IMG/VR virus record: IMGVR_UViG_3300020045_004580
Span: 2,883 to 66,882 of that record
Direction: 5' to 3' (one strand)
Length of the DNA stretch: 64,000 bases
Source: a virus
Taxonomy: Duplodnaviria; Caudoviricetes
Under the pieces are notes generated by a model. That model worked only from the letters and a program-made list of their open reading frames with translations, was not told the origin of the DNA and ran no database searches. Position numbers and translations under genes: made by a program. Below are positions 60,100 to 64,000 of the stretch, piece by piece; the stretch's first letter is position 1, and the number at the start of each line of letters is the position of its first letter.

Positions 60100-60156
60100 T
60101 GCCCGTAATTGAAGAGTTAACTCGACTAACTACGATTAATACTCTCTATATGGGCA
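60100..60156. repeat. dispersed motif, abutting convergent pair (60100-60125 plus; 60132-60156 minus)
   Basis: TGCCCGTAATTGAAGAGTTAACTCGA-ctaact-ACGATTAATACTCTCTATATGGGCA. Confidence 0.88.
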
Positions 60157-60495
60157 GTTATTATATTTATTCTTATATAACTATATATCTTATTATACAC
60201 TAAAGTCAATAAAAAACCGTATCCAGTCAAAAGTCTGTATATTCTAATAATATTAATATAACAAATAAAGACTAAATTAATGATACTTAACTTATAAAAA
60301 TTTTGAGTATCTAGTTTCAAAATTATTCATATTTTAGTATTAAATCGACGTGAATAGGATAAAAATTCATTTATTTGGAATCAATCCTTTGTTAGGTATT
60401 ATAATATATCTCAAAAATTTAACACTTTAAAAAGGCTAGAAATAAGCCAATTATTAAATAACACAATTATAAACACAAATAAAAACACAAATATT

Positions 60496-60888
60496 ATGTT
60501 ACATTTAGATCAAATTAATATCCTTAATTCAGATGAATTAATAGTAGAAGTCCTAGAACCTATTGTATATACAAAAGTAGGTAGTGTTGAGAAAACTGAT
60601 GCAATTATCTCAAGAGATAAAGATAATGCTTTTTATCTTATAGCTAAAGTGGTTAAGGCTTCTAAAGTTAAAGATGAAACTTCTAAAGATATTATATATA
60701 CTCCAGGGATGTATGTTATGGTAACTCAACCCTCTCTTGCTGTTATTAATTTTCCTATTGTAGGTTATGATAAACCTTCTCTTGCTGTTTTAAATTCTTC
60801 CACTATTTTTGCTATTATTGATGAAGCAGATTTAGATAAATATAATACAGAAAACCCTATAATTGATAAAACTGTATATAAAGATTAA
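60496..60888 (+). CDS. possible GroES-like co-chaperonin
   Basis: Strand pattern D.LIVEV...AKVVKAS...PGMYVMV...VL....IFAII resembles Cpn10; weak similarity only. Confidence 0.4.
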   Translation: MLHLDQINILNSDELIVEVLEPIVYTKVGSVEKTDAIISRDKDNAFYLIAKVVKASKVKDETSKDIIYTPGMYVMVTQPSLAVINFPIVGYDKPSLAVLNSSTIFAIIDEADLDKYNTENPIIDKTVYKD

Positions 60889-61237
60889 TATGTATTTATC
60901 TACTTTTAAAGAAGAAGCTATAGTACAAGAAAGTGAATTAATTATAAAATCTTTATTTATACTTACTTTTATATCTCCTAATAAATTAACTAATTATTAT
61001 ATAGAACATTCTCCTTATAAAAATGAATTAGAACAAATTAGATATAATAAAATAGTATCTAAATATTCTTTTTTATCATTAGTTAATCCACAAGGTTGGA
61101 ATCTAATATCTAAAAATCTTCCTGAACCTAATAAAAGAAATGGAATACAAGAAGATTTTTTAATGGTAGAAACTAATACTTTACATAATTATCTTCGTAT
61201 AGTAGATATAATATCAAGTACTATAGCATTAAATTAA
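60863..61237 (+). CDS. hypothetical protein
   Basis: 124-aa ORF; true start probably MYLSTF. Confidence 0.55.
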   Translation: MIKLYIKINMYLSTFKEEAIVQESELIIKSLFILTFISPNKLTNYYIEHSPYKNELEQIRYNKIVSKYSFLSLVNPQGWNLISKNLPEPNKRNGIQEDFLMVETNTLHNYLRIVDIISSTIALN

Positions 61238-61242
61238 ATTAT

Positions 61243-61461
61243 ATGTATATAAATTTAGAAGGAACAGAAATAGAAGTAAGTACAATGACTAAAGCTTTTA
61301 TAATTAATGCTATTGCTAGATATGAAGCTTTATGTACTAATAGAAATATACATTTTGAAGAACTACGTAAACTAAAAGTTACTAGAGAAGAATTAAAAAC
61401 TGAATTAGCTTTTAGATTAAAACGAAAATTTAGAGTCCTTATTGATGAAGACCCTATTTAA
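61243..61461 (+). CDS. hypothetical protein
   Basis: 72-aa ORF, operon-packed. Confidence 0.6.
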   Translation: MYINLEGTEIEVSTMTKAFIINAIARYEALCTNRNIHFEELRKLKVTREELKTELAFRLKRKFRVLIDEDPI

Positions 61462-61501
61462 TTATTAAGCTTATGCTTAAATAACTATTAATTATTAAAC
61501 T

Positions 61502-62869
61502 ATGACTTTTACTAATGGTCAAGATAATGCCATTGATGTTGTAGGTAAATTTATTGCATCTCCTTATGAAGAAAATAATAATGATATACTAACTCTTACT
61601 GGACCTGCTGGAAGTGGTAAAAGTACTATTGTTAAAGAAATTATTAAAAGAAGTACCATAAGGAGTGTTGCAGTATCTGCTCCTACTCATCAAGCTAAAA
61701 CAATTATAACCAATATGACGGGTTATCCTGGGGAAACTATTCAATCTTTATTAGGATTAAGACCTAATATGAATTTAGAAGATTTTGACCCTACCAATGT
61801 TTTATTTATGCCACAAGGTTTAGAAAGAATATCAGATTATAAGATAATAATTATTGATGAATGTTCAATGATTGGAGATTATATTGATAACCTTATTTAT
61901 AAACTTGCTAAAGAAAATAAAGTAAAAATACTTTATATAGGAGATAAATATCAATTACCACCAGTAGAAAAAGGTGTACAAACAGTTAAAATTAGCCCTA
62001 CATTTACTAAATATAAACAAGTAGAACTTACAGAAATAGTAAGACAAGATGAAAGTAATCCTGTAAATGAATTAATACATTTAGCTAGAGAAGATGTTAT
62101 AAACGGTACAGATTTTTTATTACCTAGATTAAAAAACCTTCAAGATACTTTTAATGAAAAAGGAGAAGGATTTATGTTAAGAAAAGGAGCTGATTATGTA
62201 AAAGAAATTGTAAACTTATATAAATCAGAAGATGCTCATTTAGATCCTTATAATACTAAATTATTAGCTTTTGATAATAAAACTGTTTCTACTGTTAATG
62301 GATTTTTAAGGGCACAAGTTAATCCCTCTAAAGATATTATAGCAGTAAATGATATTATTAAAGGTTATAATACAGTAGGACAAGAAACTGATACTCCTCC
62401 TTATTTTAATAGTCATATTAGAAATTCAGAAGATTATATTATTAAAAGTGTAAAAGCTAAACCATTTAAAATATTAAAAAATACTTATATTCTATATGAA
62501 TGCGAGTGTGTAGGTTCTAAACAATTACTTTATATTTTACATCCTGATAGTAAAGAAGATTTTGAAAAAGAATTAGTAGAAAAACATACTAATGGTGTAA
62601 CTTTTAGAGCTTGGAAACCTTTTTATGACTTCAAAAATAGAATACTTATTAATTATGAAGTATTTAATAATTATAATGATAAAGTAGCTAAAAAAGATTT
62701 TGATTATGGATATTGTCAAACAACTCATAAATCACAAGGAAGTACATATACTAATGTTGGTATTTATTTACCTTCTTTTAGAATGTGTAGACATGGGTTT
62801 ACTAGAAGAAGTTTATTATATGTTGCATTAACTAGAACAAGTAAAACTTTATATTTTTATGACAACTAA
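61502..62869 (+). CDS. SF1B DNA helicase (Dda/RecD2-like)
   Basis: TGPAGSGKST, APTHQA, IIIIDECSM, IGDKYQLPPV, LTEIVRQ, YGYCQTTHKSQGSTY and YVALTR motifs. Confidence 0.92.
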   Translation: MTFTNGQDNAIDVVGKFIASPYEENNNDILTLTGPAGSGKSTIVKEIIKRSTIRSVAVSAPTHQAKTIITNMTGYPGETIQSLLGLRPNMNLEDFDPTNVLFMPQGLERISDYKIIIIDECSMIGDYIDNLIYKLAKENKVKILYIGDKYQLPPVEKGVQTVKISPTFTKYKQVELTEIVRQDESNPVNELIHLAREDVINGTDFLLPRLKNLQDTFNEKGEGFMLRKGADYVKEIVNLYKSEDAHLDPYNTKLLAFDNKTVSTVNGFLRAQVNPSKDIIAVNDIIKGYNTVGQETDTPPYFNSHIRNSEDYIIKSVKAKPFKILKNTYILYECECVGSKQLLYILHPDSKEDFEKELVEKHTNGVTFRAWKPFYDFKNRILINYEVFNNYNDKVAKKDFDYGYCQTTHKSQGSTYTNVGIYLPSFRMCRHGFTRRSLLYVALTRTSKTLYFYDN

Positions 62870-63176
62870 AGAATATATAGAAACGGTAAAACAAAAATAT
62901 CCTAATACTTATATAGGATTAGATAGTTATTATAAACAGCAAAATTCTAATATTAAAGATTTTGCCAGTACATATAATGTAGTACCGTTAGATTATATTA
63001 TCACTTTAATTATAAAATATTTAGAGTATAGACAAATAGATATATTAACAGCTTTATGTAATTATGCAGTAGATAATTTAACAGATACTCATGATATAAT
63101 AAGAATGAAAGCTATAACTAATGTTATACATAGATTAGAGAAACATATTATACCTGCTGAAGGTCAACCTTTTTAA
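62859..63176 (+). CDS. hypothetical protein
   Basis: 105-aa ORF overlapping the helicase stop. Confidence 0.6.
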   Translation: MTTKEYIETVKQKYPNTYIGLDSYYKQQNSNIKDFASTYNVVPLDYIITLIIKYLEYRQIDILTALCNYAVDNLTDTHDIIRMKAITNVIHRLEKHIIPAEGQPF

Positions 63177-63185
63177 TAAAAATTT

Positions 63186-64000
63186 ATGATTTATTTTGTA
63201 ACTAATAATCCTGATTATTACAGAACTCATTTAAAAGCTTCAGTTGAAGAATTTAAAGATATATGTATTATTGATGAAAAAACAGGTAAAAATATTTATT
63301 ATAATATACTTGGTAAAACAAAACTACAATCATTAGATTTAGAAACTACAGGATTAGACCCTTATGTATCTGAAATAATGTTAACAGGTATAGGAACTTT
63401 GACTAATAAATTTATATTTGGATATGATATTAATCTTACTGATATTTATGAGCATATTGAAAAATATAATATAAATATTGTAGGAGCTAATCTTAAATTT
63501 GATATTAAATTTATACAAGTTAAATATGGTATATTATTGACTCGTTTATATGACGTTATACTAGCAGAACAAAGATTATATATGAAATATTATATGTATA
63601 ATAATCTTGGAGAATTAGTAAAACGATATTTAAAAGAATACAGAGATAAAGATACTAGATTAGAATTTGTTGATAAAAATCCTAAAACTTTTGTTATTGA
63701 ATATCATCATATTAGATATTTAGCTAATGATCTTAATGATCCTCTTAAAATAAGATTATTACAAAGACCTAGAATTAAACAATTTAAAATGGAATTTCTT
63801 ATTTATGGTATCGAGTTTCCACTTGTATCTATACTTGCTGATAGTGAAAATGAAGGAATAAATTTTGATGTTGAAAAATGGAATAAACTTATAGAAATAG
63901 TAAGACAAGATGAAAGTAATCCTGTAAATGAATTAATACATTTAGCTAGAGAAGATGTTATAAACGGTACAGATTTTTTATTACCTAGATTAAAAAACCT
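63186..64000 (+). CDS. family A DNA polymerase, N-terminal 3'-5' exonuclease domain (partial; chimeric after about 63893)
   Basis: Manual translation from ATG 63186: SLDLETTGLDP (Exo I), GANLKFD (Exo II), YDVILAEQRL, YLAND (Exo III), FPLVSILADSENEGINFDVEKW; open to the window end. Confidence 0.85.
   Translation, partial: MIYFVTNNPDYYRTHLKASVEEFKDICIIDEKTGKNIYYNILGKTKLQSLDLETTGLDPYVSEIMLTGIGTLTNKFIFGYDINLTDIYEHIEKYNINIVGANLKFDIKFIQVKYGILLTRLYDVILAEQRLYMKYYMYNNLGELVKRYLKEYRDKDTRLEFVDKNPKTFVIEYHHIRYLANDLNDPLKIRLLQRPRIKQFKMEFLIYGIEFPLVSILADSENEGINFDVEKWNKLIEIVRQDESNPVNELIHLAREDVINGTDFLLPRLKN
63893..64000 (+). repeat. 108-bp exact duplicate of helicase segment 62032-62139
   Basis: Identical sequence AGAAATAGTAAGACAAGATG...TTAAAAAACCT at both positions. 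Confidence 0.95.

Noticed and set aside
1263-60156. Dispersed motif as CRISPR repeats or host sigma-A promoters
   Set aside because: Copies are degenerate, kilobases apart and on both strands, not an array; they lack the TAnnTTTG / TTTG pattern
23173-60320. Short ORFs nested in or antisense to larger genes (23173, 25918, 26225, 27505, 29228, 29920, 34093, 38049, 44390, 45048, 45777, 46293, 49041, 49775, 53785, 53987) and the intergenic 60126-60320 ORF
   Set aside because: Shadow ORFs of strongly biased coding frames, without motifs or plausible starts; 60126-60320 overlaps the motif palindrome
54700-60500. tRNA or tmRNA genes in the long intergenic regions
   Set aside because: No T-arm (GTTCGA/GTTCAA) with cloverleaf geometry seen by eye; tRNAscan-SE or ARAGORN would be decisive
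1-64000. Stop-codon reassignment (TAG or TGA), known in some crAss-like phages
   Set aside because: All large genes, including the 5920-aa ORF, are intact under the standard code with high coding density, and TAG is used as a normal stop (e.g. 3152-3154)

Overview
A very AT-rich (roughly 25% GC by eye) part of a crAss-like (Crassvirales-type) phage genome; the host is probably a member of the Bacteroidota (A-rich translation starts, no Shine-Dalgarno). Layout: (i) 9-3154 (+) the end of a rightward module (WDGH-like protein, DUF932 protein, small membrane-anchored ORFs), closed by a bidirectional terminator; (ii) 3237-52525 (-) the virion module: a 5920-aa virion RNA polymerase polyprotein (DFDVD catalytic motif), two further ejection/cargo proteins, muzzle and ring proteins, lysis genes, a GC-shifted tail fibre with an SGNH esterase, capsid proteins, portal, TerL, a PD-(D/E)XK nuclease and HU/IHF-like proteins; (iii) about 52.6-55.5 kb, the strand-switch region, with a 326-nt C-free tract and a 319-nt almost G-free tract; (iv) 53510-64000 (+) small early genes separated by structured intergenic elements, then an SF1B helicase and the start of a family A DNA polymerase that is fused in frame, at the window edge, to a duplicated piece of the helicase gene (probably an assembly chimera). 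The most striking unexplained signal is a GC-rich bipartite 24-26 bp motif, TGCCC(R/T)TA(A/G)-purine-rich spacer-WTCGT. I found 18 copies by eye, on both strands, mostly written into essential coding sequences through otherwise rare codons. They often occur as convergent pairs, in clusters about 5-8 kb apart along the whole window. Standard genetic code throughout. I recognised no tRNA, CRISPR array, DGR, intron or intein. All family assignments come from remembered motifs and gene order; no database searches were run.
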